This document shows, in pieces, positions 1 to 11,836 of a stretch of 40,760 nt of DNA (its first letter is position 1; every line of letters starts with the position of its first letter). The notes beneath the pieces are model-generated. The model was given only the letters and a program-made list of their open reading frames with translations. It had not been told where the DNA came from and ran no database searches. The position numbers and the translations under genes are program-made. Origin of the DNA: Mesotaenium endlicherianum (lineage: Eukaryota); NCBI GenBank assembly GCA_009602735.1, contig WELA01001035.1, positions 354,088 to 394,847 on the forward strand. The letters run 5' to 3'.

Positions 1-986
1 CCCCCTCCCCTCCTTTTCACAGGGCCTCAGCGCTGCCGCCCACCCCGTGGCCTGCCACTACCTATACCTTTAGACGCGCCAGCTGTCGGGTATACACACG
101 CAAAAGTGCTCATATGCAATGTCAGAACTCATAAGCGACACCACCAGCACTCCCCTCAAGCGGACACATAGGACCGACAAACGGGCCAGCTTGCGTCGAG
201 CCTGCTTCATGGGCATTCCACTTGGCAGGAGCGCCACACGGCGGAGCCGCAGCGCAGACAACGCGAGCGCGCCTCACGGCTCTACGGGAGAGGAGAAAAT
301 CACATCACACGCGCCTGCCTGGCTTGCTCCCTTCCCCAGCTGCGCATTCCCATCGCGTTGCATCAAAGGATTGGCGGGGTTTGTGGGCTTATGGGTTTGT
401 TGCGTGACATGTGCCCTTGGGGCAGGGCTGAAACCGGCATCTTCCAGTCAACGAGGCAACACGCTTGAGAAGGCCTGACTCGTCAGAACTACATGCGAAC
501 CGGCCCTCGTGATAGAAAACCCCAAGAAGCACACCTTTCCTCGCATGCCGGAGTGCTGAAATCAGCTGTCATACGAGCCTGAGCCTTGGACCCTATCCTT
601 CAACCTAAGTTCCGGAGCCTGACCTTAAACCCGAACCCTAAAAACTGGCTGAGTGTGGAGCCCAACTCGCAACACCATCCACCAACCCCTGCTCGTCAAC
701 ACGCAGCCTTTCCTCCCCCCGCTCCTCCTGCGAGGTAATCTCGACCGAATCTCCTTGCACCAGCACGCTCAGCACATCGGACGGTGCTAGGGCTTGTGGA
801 GAGCATCAGAAGGCGCTTGAAGCCTATCTCGGTCTCCTTCCTGACGCTTCCCCCTTCAGCGTAGCGCGAGAATTGTCTATCAACGTGCATCACTCTAAGA
901 TGTTGTAGCATGCAATGAGTGCTTGGGATCTCCGAAACATGCAAGTGGCGCACGCCCCCTCACGTCACGTGCCAGCCGGCGCTTAC

Positions 987-1867
987 CTGGAGTGGGCTGT
1001 TCCCGCTGTTGTTGCGGACTTCGGTGTCGGCCCCCTTCTCGAGCAGGAAGCGCGTCACATCCGAGTGCCCGTAGTAAGCTCCCAAGTGCAGAGCTGCAGA
1101 CAGCTCGTGCATGGACTGGTGCGGGCGTTAGCTCGTGCATGCATGCGTCCACGTTCGTCGCATGCGCTGTTGTGACACCGATACCCATCCAGGACATTGG
1201 TCCTCATGTACCACCCCCACACATGTCCGATCTTTCTTGCCTTTGGAGTGACCCTTGCTGGTTTCGTCGGTCAGGCTTCATTTAAGGTTAAAAAATATAT
1301 ATACATCCCTTATTAAGAGTGTAAGAGTTTCTAAGTCAAAACAGATTCAATCAGAGCCTCCATCTCAGAGCCTTCACCTCAACAGCTCCACTTGTGTGCT
1401 CGTCCATGCAAAGAGAAGCAGTTGCATTCGGATTATCACTATTTCCAATGGTCTCCACAGCTGACTAGCTGGCCAGGGAGCGTACCAGCCCAGCCAGCAC
1501 GCAAGGGGCTGCACTTGTTGATATCCACGTCACCAGACTCTACTAGCTCTTTCACTGTGGCAAGGTCGCCACTCTTGGCAGCATCTTTTAGGAGTTCGTC
1601 CTTGTCTGCTGTTGCTGACGATGAACAATACACTCGGCCGCTGGTTCTTCTCGAATGGTGGAGGGTGCTGGCGACCCTTCGACGGTCCAGCGCAGGGATA
1701 TGGCCGTCTCTTGCAATGCTTAAAGGAGCTGCTCGTGAAATGTGGGCAATGACGGGTTGTAGGGACGACCACGAGCTACATCCTGATTCCCCACATGCTG
1801 TGGTGCTGCACCGCGCAATGTACGGTGCAAGAAGATGTGATGAAGTTTGCGCGATTGCTGTGTTCAT
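987..1867 (-). CDS. Ankyrin-repeat protein with a putative plastid transit peptide (3'-partial; later exons not located)
   Basis: Exon 1 is 1867-1486 (donor G|GTACGC) and exon 2 is 1093-987 (CTGCAG acceptor, CAG|GTAAGC donor). They splice in phase to ...LLKDAAKSGDLATVKELVESGDVDINKCSPLRAGWAALHLGAYYGHSDVTRFLLEKGADTEVRNNSGNSPLQ, two canonical ankyrin repeats. The ~80-aa N-terminus is Ser/Ala/Arg-rich and low in acidic residues. Confidence 0.85.
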
Positions 1868-2019
1868 TATGAGTTTGCTACGCGCTAAGGATTGGTACTT
1901 TTAACTAGTACTATGATAGACGAAGTAAATGTAATCGCCTTCTGTAGCGCAGGTGTGTAGCATACAGGCCACTTGTAAGGACCAGCAATTTTGAGCTTAA
2001 GCTAGCTGAAGCAAGACAC

Positions 2020-2250
2020 TAAGGCCCAGTTTACAGTGGGCAAATCGATAGCAACTTAATTGATTGAAAGGTACGAACCGGTACCTGCAGGTACATTTTC
2101 AATTTGAGCGCAATGAAAGTGCTGTTTTACAGTGGTCTTTAGGCGCGACGTGATTGATTGAAGTTGGTAAACAAATTGATTGAACTTCGTGGTTTCAATC
2201 AATCAAACTCGGATTTTCAAACCTGCTCTCGAGCAGGTTTGAGAATCTGA
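2020..2250. repeat. Cluster of palindromes and repeated ATTGATTGAA motifs (possible DNA-transposon end or structured element)
   Basis: Perfect 14-bp palindrome GTACCTGCAGGTAC at 2081-2094. ATTGATTGAA at 2059, 2153 and 2175, with its reverse complement at 2194-2203. 20-bp-arm hairpin at 2209-2250. TTTACAGTGG occurs twice (near 2030 and 2126). Confidence 0.6.
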
Positions 2251-2570
2251 GATGTGTTCGACCCCTCGAATGACCCCTCCTCGACGATCACTCGATCGAC
2301 AAGGACTGTCGGTATTAGGTAGGGGATGCAAATGAGGATGTACTCGTGGTATACTTTACTTTTTTTGGCAACGATTTCGGGACGACAAGGAGTAGAGAAA
2401 AAAATACAGCGTTCACCAAGTTTCTACACTTAACATTCGTCTGAACCCATCGCATATGTATACTGTTATCCCTCCCTCGCTATTTGGGAAATGCCAATAC
2501 AATAGTTTCTATTGCATGAGCAGGCTATGCTGTATTTATGTTCGCGGCTGTTCGCGGCTGCATGGTGTTT

Positions 2571-3052
2571 ACGCGAAGAAAGATAGCAGGGGTACGTCAA
2601 CAGCAGGGGTACGCGGAGAAGAGACAGCAGGGGTACGCGAAAAGAGATGGGGGGGGTACGTGCAGAGGGATAGCGGGGGTACGCGAAGAGAGATAGCAGG
2701 AGTACGCCAAAAGAGACAGAAGGGGTACGCCAAAAGAGACAGCAGGGGTACGCGTAGAGAGATGGCAGGGGTATACGAAAAGAGATGGCGGGGGTACGTG
2801 AAGAGGAGATAACTAGGGACGCAATAAGAGAAAGCAGAGGTACGCTTAGCTAGATATGCAAAAAGAACAGCAGGGGTATGCGTAAAGGGATAGTAAAAAA
2901 GAGATAGCAAAGGCTATAGACAGCAGAGATGCGCATGGAGGAATAAGGGGGTAACGTCCATAAGGTCAGCGGGGGTACGAATTACTCAAATAGCAGGCCA
3001 AGAAAGTCCGCAGAGATAGATACCAGGAGTACGCAAAGAGAGACAGCAGGCG
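2571..3052 (+). repeat. ~23-bp minisatellite, consensus ACGCGAAAAGAGAYAGCAGGGGT
   Basis: About 11 well-aligned tandem units from 2571 to ~2820 (e.g. ACGCCAAAAGAGACAGCAGGGGT), then more degenerate copies to ~3050. Confidence 0.9.
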
Positions 3053-4350
3053 AAGAAAGGTAATGTGTTCCCTCCAAAGCCCCAAAAAAAAAATCAAGAC
3101 ATTCTCAACCAGGCATAAACAGCAGTCAAAGTAAATTGTGGTATTGATGGACAATACCTTGCGTTTCACTTCTGTGTGAGACTCAAATAGTGAATTCATA
3201 ACTAATTTTGACTTTTAAAATTTCAAGGACAATAGTTTGCAAAATGAAAATTGTAATTTTTTAATCAGTTGAAGGGAACGTAACTATTGCTAGAGATTAC
3301 ATCAAATTGTGTTTGAAAAACACCTACATAAGTTGCTACGACCCTCTCTCATCAATGGAAGATGAAAATAAGCAGCTCTCGTATTCCGTCTCGCTCTCCT
3401 CTACTACTTATGCTTTCAGTGCTGAGACCAACAAGCGAAGCAAGCCAATCAAAGGTCTGGTGGTCAACAAGCAACAAACTCAATTCAAGGCATACTTGCA
3501 TAGCACAAACGCTTCTTAACTAGCTTAACAGGTCACTTCACCCTAAGTCTGTGATTGACTGCTACAAGTGCAAACACGATAGTTTAATCATATTGGCTTG
3601 CTATAGGCTTCCGCTAGGTGTCCAGTCGTATGAAAGTGATACCGTATGTGCAATTGGAAGCTCCAACCACATGGTGTGGTAGGACAGAGACAATTTTGGC
3701 TACGGCCATTCTCACATAGTTTGCAAAGGTGACATTTGTCACACAATGTTGTTAACTATTGGGAACTTCAATCTACATCCTTCGTTTGCACAAGGCTAAG
3801 ATAGTGCACTCAAAATTTACAAAAATAATGTACCAAGGAAGAGTGAAACTTAAGATCTGCAAGAATTGGGGAACACTTTCCCATGCCTGATGAATAGGCT
3901 GCTGGCAAGTTGCCACGCCTGAATGTGCCCGGTCCCGCTCACATCTGACACAGAAACACAATGTCGTAGAAGTTGGGGTGCTAGAATATAGATGCAATGG
4001 GTCAGACATTGCGGCAGTCTAGCACATTAGCATAGTGGAACTGACGTGCAAGTGGGGACAGTTTACGAAAGTGCTGAGAATGTGCCCTTGGAGCTCCCCC
4101 TAAGTCAATCTTTTAAAGACAAAGTAGGGCTTCATGCACAAATTTTCGTGAGATCACAAGGTGCCGGCTGACTTATGGCTATCATAGAGGGCACAGAAGG
4201 AGATGCTAAGATGCCTAGTGGAGCCCCACATGGTGGAGCATTCCCGGGTGCCACATGGCCGAGGCACGGGTATGAGAGGAAGGCCTCTTGAAAAAGAATG
4301 GAAGGATGAAGAAGTAGAGGCAAAGAGGCGGCGGCCGGCGGCGGCACATG

Positions 4351-6918
4351 TCACTTGAACAGCTTGAGCCTCTTGAAGTGTGGCGCCACGTCGGCCTTGT
4401 GATGCGGCTTGGTGGCGAGACAGGTGGCGACGTTCTCCGGCTGCTCGATCCAGAGCTTGTGGTCCACACCAGCCTCCGCCAGCTTCTCTGAGAGCTTCCT
4501 GAGCTGCATCTCCCCCTTGACCTCCAGCACCACCTGCATGAGAGCCCCGTCCACGTCGGCCAGGGTCAGCTCGTGCCGCCCAGAGACAGCTCATGCGGTA
4601 CGGGGCCAGCGGCACAAAGCCAGCTCACGCCGCCTGGAGTCAGATCCCGGCGCCCACAGTCAGACCGTCCGGCACAGAGCCAGCTCACGCCGTCCAGCCG
4701 AAGTCAGTCTAAGTGCCGCAGCCCCCACGGCCAGCTGATGCGGGTCAGTCCAGCCAGCTGATGCCAGTGCAGAGGACCATGACAGTGAAGGAAAGAGGAG
4801 AGTTATCGGAAGTTAGAATATATCTCTCACATAATTAACACAAGCAGAACGTCAAGAGGTTGAGGACCTGCACATATGGACTCAAGGTGCTGGAGAGAGT
4901 GACCAGCTGCAGGACTGTGGGGCAACCCTCATCCCACGCGCCAAGGGGGGCCAAGTTCTCATATGCATAACATGTCGCGGCCGTGGTCTCATGCCACTGC
5001 CAGTCCTCCTTTGCAGGCGCACGAAGCAGAAGACGTGCGGAGTAAAAGAACGAGCCCGCGGCAGCTACTCTCGTTCTGACTCAGCCACCTGGCAGCGGAA
5101 GGAGAAGCCAGGGCCGCTGATGCAGCAACCTCATCACTGCCGCAGCTGCCAGGTCAGACACAGTCTTCCTGCGTCTTTACATGGCCTTGCCAGGTGTCCT
5201 GTGAGTGCTCTCCACTGGCATGGTGACGACGGACTACTAGAAGATTTTCTTTGTACACTCAGAGGGAAAGCAGAGAGCAGCCACCTGCAAATCATTGTTA
5301 TATTAACGGCCATAGCATCAACAGCCGAAGCGGCCCTCAGACGATCATACGGAGAATGCTACCATGGCCTGCAGAAACTAATGCCCCAGGACAGCCAACG
5401 GCTACGGTGGAAAATCGGAGCAGCGGGGCAGCACCGTCGGAGCTACTTTTTAGGGTCTAGGGTTTAAGTAGATCCCACTCTGGTAAGCAAATCAACAAAA
5501 GCCTTCCGCCAGTACACCTTCTTCAAGTCCATCTGAGGCTCAAACCCAGCACACCTGAAGCCCTGCCCCCCTCAAACCCTAACGCCCTCAACCCAGCACT
5601 TCTTCAAGCGCACATGCTGCAGGCCATCCAGCCTGGCACATCCTGCATTACCTTAACACCCTGCCATGTCATATGAAGCTGGGCCCAGAGGGAACAGGCC
5701 CTCACACCCCCACCCCCCCCCCACCCTCAAAAAGAAAAAGGAGCTGCGGCTGTCGCATAAAGACACTCGCCTTCAGCCAGAGCCTTACCCTGAGGCTTCC
5801 ATTTCCCAGAGCTTAAGCCTGCGCACAAGAGATTTTACTTCTACAGAATACCTGGAGACATTAAGGGTGCAGGTCGCATGGTTGTGGTTCCCTGGTTAAG
5901 CGAAAACTTGTATGCCTATGTACGAGCGTGCTATGGAGAACTTCAGCTAGAGTGGCTGCCATGATGCCACAACGGCAACGATAACGACCCCCTGTCTGCA
6001 TTCCATGCCCCGAGGACAGACAGAGCTGCACTCTGTGCCCGGCTCAGCTTCACTCGAGTGCATGGCAGCCTCCTAGGCTGATGAAGGGATGACTTGGGCC
6101 TCTGCGGCTCATATGACATTTGATTAGGGAAGTCATGTATTTACATATTTACACTTGTCGGACTGCTTGAACGCATGCTGAACCAGAAACTCACGTCAGG
6201 GGAGCCTGGCAACCTGCATTGCCATTATCGGAACAGCCATTGCCACCATCCTGACGGGCACAGGGAGGTTCTACCTCAGAGGGAGGTGCTTAATGGAAGG
6301 AGGGCATGCTCGACCGACAGGTGTAAATGATACCTTGTGCATTGAGTCAAGGTTGTCTGGTCCACAGTAGCGCTGCACCACGGCGTCATCCTTGTACATC
6401 CACATGGCAGCCACAGATGCATGGCATCCTTGCGACACGACGCTGCCAAGCGGCCAATTCAGGGTGTCGACCAGATCCCTTCTCATGATGATGTGCTGCA
6501 CTACAGGGCCCTTGTCTGCCACGTCAGCGCCAGCAGATGTATCTGACACTGAACTGGCTTCAGCCTGAGTTTCCGCTTGTGCATTCAGGGCAGCCACGAC
6601 AGCTGCATTCTGCACCCCTGCGTCATTCGCTACGCCTGACAACCCTGATGCCATTCTTGAGCTCCCGAGCTGCCCTGCGGAGAGGCCTTTCCTCCTACGA
6701 GCATAACCTTTATTATGCAAGGAATACTCCAAGTTGTTCAGCCCAAAGGCTTTTATGGAGATATTAGAAGGCCTTGTGGTGGTCTGTGGCCGAGTTGTAA
6801 GTGGAAAGCACGTAACAGGACTACATGTTCTTAGCTGCAAAGAGGATATCGCTCTCATATATGGTTGGCAGATGCCTCCTGGATGCTTGAGCAGGCTCAC
6901 AGTCTGGTGCCTCAGCAT
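4351..6918 (-). CDS. PTRHD1: Peptidyl-tRNA hydrolase PTH2 family, PTRHD1-like, with an N-terminal organellar targeting extension (255 aa)
   Basis: Exons 6918-6334 (AAG|GTATCA) and 4533-4351 (CATGCAG|). Product contains VVQHIIMRRDL..LNWPLGSVVSQGCHASVAA...NLDSMHKVVLEVKGE..L..LSEKL..AGVDHKLWIEQPENVATCLATKP...VAPHFKRLKLFK, the PTRHD1 signature. Confidence 0.92.
4565..4765. repeat. Degenerate ~20-bp tandem repeat at the 3' end of the PTRHD1 intron
   Basis: Units begin G(T/C)CAG on the + strand. CGGCACARAGCCAGCTCACGCCG recurs at 4610-4632 and 4670-4692 (60-bp higher-order period). Confidence 0.7.
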
Positions 6919-7315
6919 TGAAACGAGTTTTTGTCAAAGGATATAAATCCTGAGCGAAATCTTATGAGCGAGAACAGAACACTTGCGACTCCTTTTGCTG
7001 GAAGCATCACCTAAGCATCGATTCACTTCCAGATAGGACCTGATTGGTGATTGCTGATGAGCTAATTTATTTGCTGCTCTTGGCTGCTCTAGACATCTCC
7101 AAAAAATTCGCGACATTCAGTCGTGGCCTCTGAGAACTGGTACTGGGCAATACGTTCGGCAGAAAAGTAGCTCATTGTACTGTGTTGGGGTTGTAGCACC
7201 GATTACTGCAGCTTGACTCTGTTGGGAAGACTTCTCAGCACGTACTAGCTGTTTGGTACTGCTTGGGGTAGAACTAGCCTTCTGAAAGCGGTCCGCTTTC
7301 TTAGTGTAGGCCAAG
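6919..7315. promoter_or_regulatory. Putative bidirectional promoter, PTRHD1 / mitochondrial RPL9
   Basis: 397 bp between divergent ATGs; reverse CCAAT (ATTGG) at 7043-7047. Confidence 0.6.
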
Positions 7316-7524
7316 ATGGCCATGAGAAGGGCTGTCACTTTTGTTGCAGGTGAAGGAAGAGCTGTCTCTAAACGACTAGCAGATGTATATGTGCGTACCT
7401 TGACCTCTCCCTATAGGCTTCAGTCGCTTAATTCTCTAAAAGCTTGCTATAAGTTGGCAGCTATACGTGAGATCAGCCAAGTGAAGACCATTGAATGACG
7501 TAACTTCACTCATTGTGCACTGTT

Positions 7525-7562
<38 letters not shown>

Positions 7563-10500
7563 GAAAGCACACAGGAATGCACGACCATGGGCAATTGCAG
7601 CACACCAGAGGCTGCCTCTTAATCTCCCAGTTTCATGGCCGACTAATCTCGTCCCTATGCTGCTCCAGTCTGCAGAGCACGCTGGAGCTATGTCTTTGGG
7701 AAGCCACAGAGGCTTTAAGACAAAGCCCAAGTTGTCAGTCATACTTACAACGGTGCGTATCATTGTCACCCAGGATCATCTACACAAGAATCATCTTTGT
7801 GGACCATAGGAACCAACTGTTGCTGTGCACCTATCACCTTCTGCCATTCCTAACTTATTGTTCTTATCACCAATCATGTTGCGATCCTCTCAAGCTTTTG
7901 ATAAATATTTGGAGAAGAAATTTAAGAGGGTTTTCTGTCACACCCCTGGGCCCAAAGTTCTATGTGAACCATAGCAGAGCAGTTCCTCGATAGAATTCTT
8001 ACCCTATGTTCACAATACACAGTTGACAAATGTGTGCCTTATTTTACTGGACGCATATCATCAGACCTTAAACAGGTACTGCTGAAGGTGTAGTAATAGT
8101 TGCCAGGCTACAGACACCAGTCAGTGCAAGTATGTTTCAACTGCTGGAGGTTGGGCAAACTTTTTATTTAGGAATTCATGAATGCTGGAGCCATCAAGTG
8201 AGAGAATTGCCTTGATAAGGGAGTACTATCTGCTGCTGCTGGCGGGAGGCTCGAAAACTTCTCTTTGAGACAGAGTCTAAGAGACAAGTAGCAGATCAGA
8301 GAGGCCTTAAACCCCGACTGCCTCCCAAAAGCGCCAACTAATAGCCTACACAGTCTAGGGTCTTTCATTATGCAATATCATCTCAGTGAGCATACACTGA
8401 TTAATTATGTGGTCAAAAGTACGTACTTGTTCCTTTCGAGCACAAAGTAGTAGTATAGCATATGCCCCCCATGCCTGCCTGCCTGCCTGGGACCTGGAAG
8501 GGGGAGGAGAGAAGTTTCCAGAATCGGGGTTCTGTCTTGGACGAAGAGAGGGGTATTCACGTGACGAATCTGCTCATCACAACAGGGTCCCCCCGTCATG
8601 CCTAGCAGCTGACATGCACCCTTTGGCGAGTGTCTGTGCGTGTGCGTGTGCGTGTGGGGGGTTGTGTGAATGTATGGGTGTGTGCACGTGTGCGAGTGTG
8701 TGTGCGCGCGTGCGCGCGCGCGTGTGTGTGTGTGTGTGAGAGAGAGAGAGTGACTTCGATTCTGACACGCTAACACTCTTTGTGTGCGTGTTTTTTCTGG
8801 GGGGGCAGCACGTAGAGGAGCTGGGGAGGCCGGGGCAGGTGGTGAAGGTGGCCCCCGGGTACGCGCGCAATAAGCTGCTGCCCCAGAGGACTGCCCTCCC
8901 CGCCATCCCCAAGTACCTGGCTCTCATGGCCAAGGAGCGCCAGGTATTTGTATGCTCTATATATGCTTTCAGAAGGAAGAGGGAGCGTAAATGAGATGCC
9001 AGGGGAAGGGGGAGAGGGGGAGCCCCCCGGGAAAGGGGTGGGGGGGGAGGGGTGAGAGATGGCCTTGGAGGGACCTTTTGAAAGTCAAGGGAGTAACCGG
9101 TTGGGCGAGAGCGGGTGCCAGAGCGCGGGAGCAAGGGAGAGCAAGGGGGAGGGGGAAAGGAAGGGAGGGAGGACGCGTGTCTTGAGTGGTCTGCGTAATG
9201 TGGGCAGGGCATCGTCCTGCAGCCATGGCTGCCTGTTGTAAAAAGCTCTGCAGTGTCTAGATGCCGTCTCTTGCCGAGGGACTTGCTGTCGACCGGCGGA
9301 GGCCTCGCTGACAACGTTATTCACCCCATCGACTGTGGCACTCGCACAAGATGCCAGGAAGGCCGTCGCTTTGTAGCCTGCACAGGAGACCCTCCCTGGA
9401 AGAATTTGGGTGGCAGTTCAAGATTTTAGACTTGGGGTTTAAGCACAGGGGGACGGCACTTGGACCCTGTCCAAGGGTCAGTTTAGGAGGGGGGGATGCT
9501 CAGGTGTTTAGGTTGCTGACAGGGGTTTATGTGCAACCTTGAGACAGTGGCTGATGGTGCAAGTGACACAGCTTTATCTTGTACGAGTTCAAGTTACGCA
9601 ACTTGGGCTTGAGGTCGTGTTACGAGTGCACTTGCATGGACCCCGCGTTGCCCTTGTGTTGACCTCTGTCAACGGTGCTCGTGCTTCAGGGCTTGGCAGA
9701 CGCAGAGGGGGAGGAGGCGAGAGTGGAAGAGGAGAAAGCGAAGGAAGTCGCAGTGGTGTCGGACGAGGACCGCCTGAAGGAGGCAGAGGCCGCCGCTGTG
9801 CTGATGGACAAGCTCCGCCTGGTGCGCGCGCTTGCCATCCCCACGCCGGTGCCGCTTGCTATGCGTTGTGCGGAGTATGAAGGCCGTCCTGAAGTCGTCC
9901 TAGGAACGTGCGTGGCAGTTGTCAGTCCTCTCTGGTTGGTACTCACACGCTGGGCGCAGTCGCGCACGCACACCCACACACACGTGCGCACGCCCGCACA
10001 CTCACACAGGCACTCGCAAACACACGCACACACACACACAAACACATGCGCGTGCGCACTCTTACACTCTTTCCCTCACACAGACATCGTGATCAGAGTA
10101 GCATGCACCAGTGGGATAGGTCTACAACGAGGTTGAGTGTCAGAAGGCCTGATGAGTCTTCATCGATGCTTGCGGTGGGCTGGGGGGGGGGTGGGGTGAG
10201 GAGCAGTCGATACGGCGACACACGCCACACAAGAGCGACATTCTCCGGCAGCCAGTGACAGCCGCCGATGTCGTCAGGGAGGTGTGTTCATGTCACGCCC
10301 CTCCCTTGTGCCACTGAGACACTTGCTTGAGCTGGAGAGGGGAGGGTACGTGTTGCTCCATTTGTTACTGAGTTGGTCGGTAAGGAGGCGGAGAGAGTTA
10401 AGGTGGGCATGTGCTGTCGTGCCACTGCGTGCCTATATTGACGTCCTCTAGGAGCGCTGCTATTTCAGCCCTCTCTTTTTCACTTTCTTTCTTCTTGGAT

Positions 10501-10883
10501 CATTATTTGTCTTTGTATCGATGGGTTGCCCATTCTTGTATACGCCTGTTGGAACTTGTCAGCTCTTCAGTGGTTTGTCTTCAAAGCATCTGCGGAAAAA
10601 AAAAATCTTCTATTTTTTTGATTGGACCATTGTCATCTATGAATCTCCATGTGGCGACCGAGGCCTATCAAGTGCGCCTTACTTTCTTCTTGGTCCGTGT
10701 CCTTTGTCTGTTCAGATTGAAAGGCAGATGGGGGTGCAGCTGACCGAGGCCCACTTGAATATGCCCCCACCAATCGGTAAAATTGGGGACTATGAGATTC
10801 CTCTACAGAACTTGCCAAAGGGGGTAAGGCTGCCCGGGGAGAAGGAGATCATGAATCTGAGGGTCCACATTCGGCGGCCGTAG
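7316..10883 (+). CDS. RPL9: Mitochondrial ribosomal protein L9 (bL9m), ~221 aa
   Basis: Exons 7316-7349, 7631-7752, 8809-8943, 9690-9821, 10207-10281 and 10716-10883; all GT-AG and in phase, 666 nt. L9 N-domain [34 protein letters not shown]-domain [43 protein letters not shown]...LRVHIRRP, as in plant mitochondrial L9. The exon 2 acceptor could alternatively be at 7675. Confidence 0.9.
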
Positions 10884-11836
10884 ACTTCCTTCTGAAGCAC
10901 AAGCTGATTCTGTACATACTTTATATTCCGCATAAGCTGCCCGGGATGGAGTGCCAGGGTGCTCTGCTTTTAGGTCGGCATAGTCAAAATGTGCATTATA
11001 GAGAGATGATTCTCCGGTGGCCAAGCGGGTGACTTCTTCTCTAGGTTCCTGTTTGAAAGTCCCGATGTCTGAACAGTCCACTTGGTTCTGGTAGTGGTAG
11101 CGGTAGCTATGTCGAGGTGGAGGACTAGATTCAGCACAGGGTTTTAAGAGCTGGGCACACTTTCAGGTCACAACCAGTAGCACGCACCATGTGAACATCA
11201 TAATACTTGTGTTTGCGCTCACTTCAAATGCAATTAAGGGGCCTATCATTTTATCGATCTTGTCAATGATCACCTGAGTGTGTCATCCTGTTATCACACG
11301 TGAAAACTTCAATCTTCACCAAATGTGGCAAAAGCAGGGGAATACAGGTAATAGCGGGGAGTAAAAGCAAGACAGGTGAAACTTGATATTGCAGCCACGA
11401 TATCACGACTACGTGTGAATCTTTTGTGCTTCCCATGTGCAGTAGGAAGCAAAGGAACACAAGCCATACGATGAACCATTGAGAGCTGAAAACTGATATC
11501 GCAGCCATTACCTGGTCTGTTGCAGTCACTGACTGCAATCCTGAAAGCACTCAGTGGGGTGGATTCAGTGTCTGATGCAACCAAGCTACTAACCACCAAT
11601 TGACCTCTAGGTTGTAGAATGCCAGAAGTCAACGCTGGATGCCAGCTAGATTTCTGCCTACAGTTTTAGTCTATTGGAACTTTTCCTCCAAAAATGGTGC
11701 AAGTAGCACAAGAAGAAGGTCACAGGCATAACACAGCAAACTTTTGGGGCAATTCCCTTCAACCCGTAGAAGTACTGCTTATGTTTAGCTGGATGATAAG
11801 TGCCTGCAAATGAAGTCATCCTAGAATGCATATGGC

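Noticed and set aside
1513..1514. Alternative ankyrin exon 1 donor (AA|GTGCAG) that would need a micro-exon or GC donor
   Set aside because: The donor at 1485 joins exon 2 in phase and restores GWAALHL without extra exons.
2571..3052. CRISPR-like appearance of the regularly spaced GGGGTACG motif, and ORFs 2456-2812 / 2569-2910
   Set aside because: The intervening sequences are homologous to each other rather than unique spacers, there are no cas genes and the context is eukaryotic. The ORFs are translations of the repeat.
5057..5145. Box C-like GTGATGA plus CTGA on the minus strand in the PTRHD1 intron (snoRNA/SECIS candidate)
   Set aside because: The terminal stem does not abut the D box, there is no recognisable rRNA guide, and there is no SECIS apical AA or 3'UTR context.
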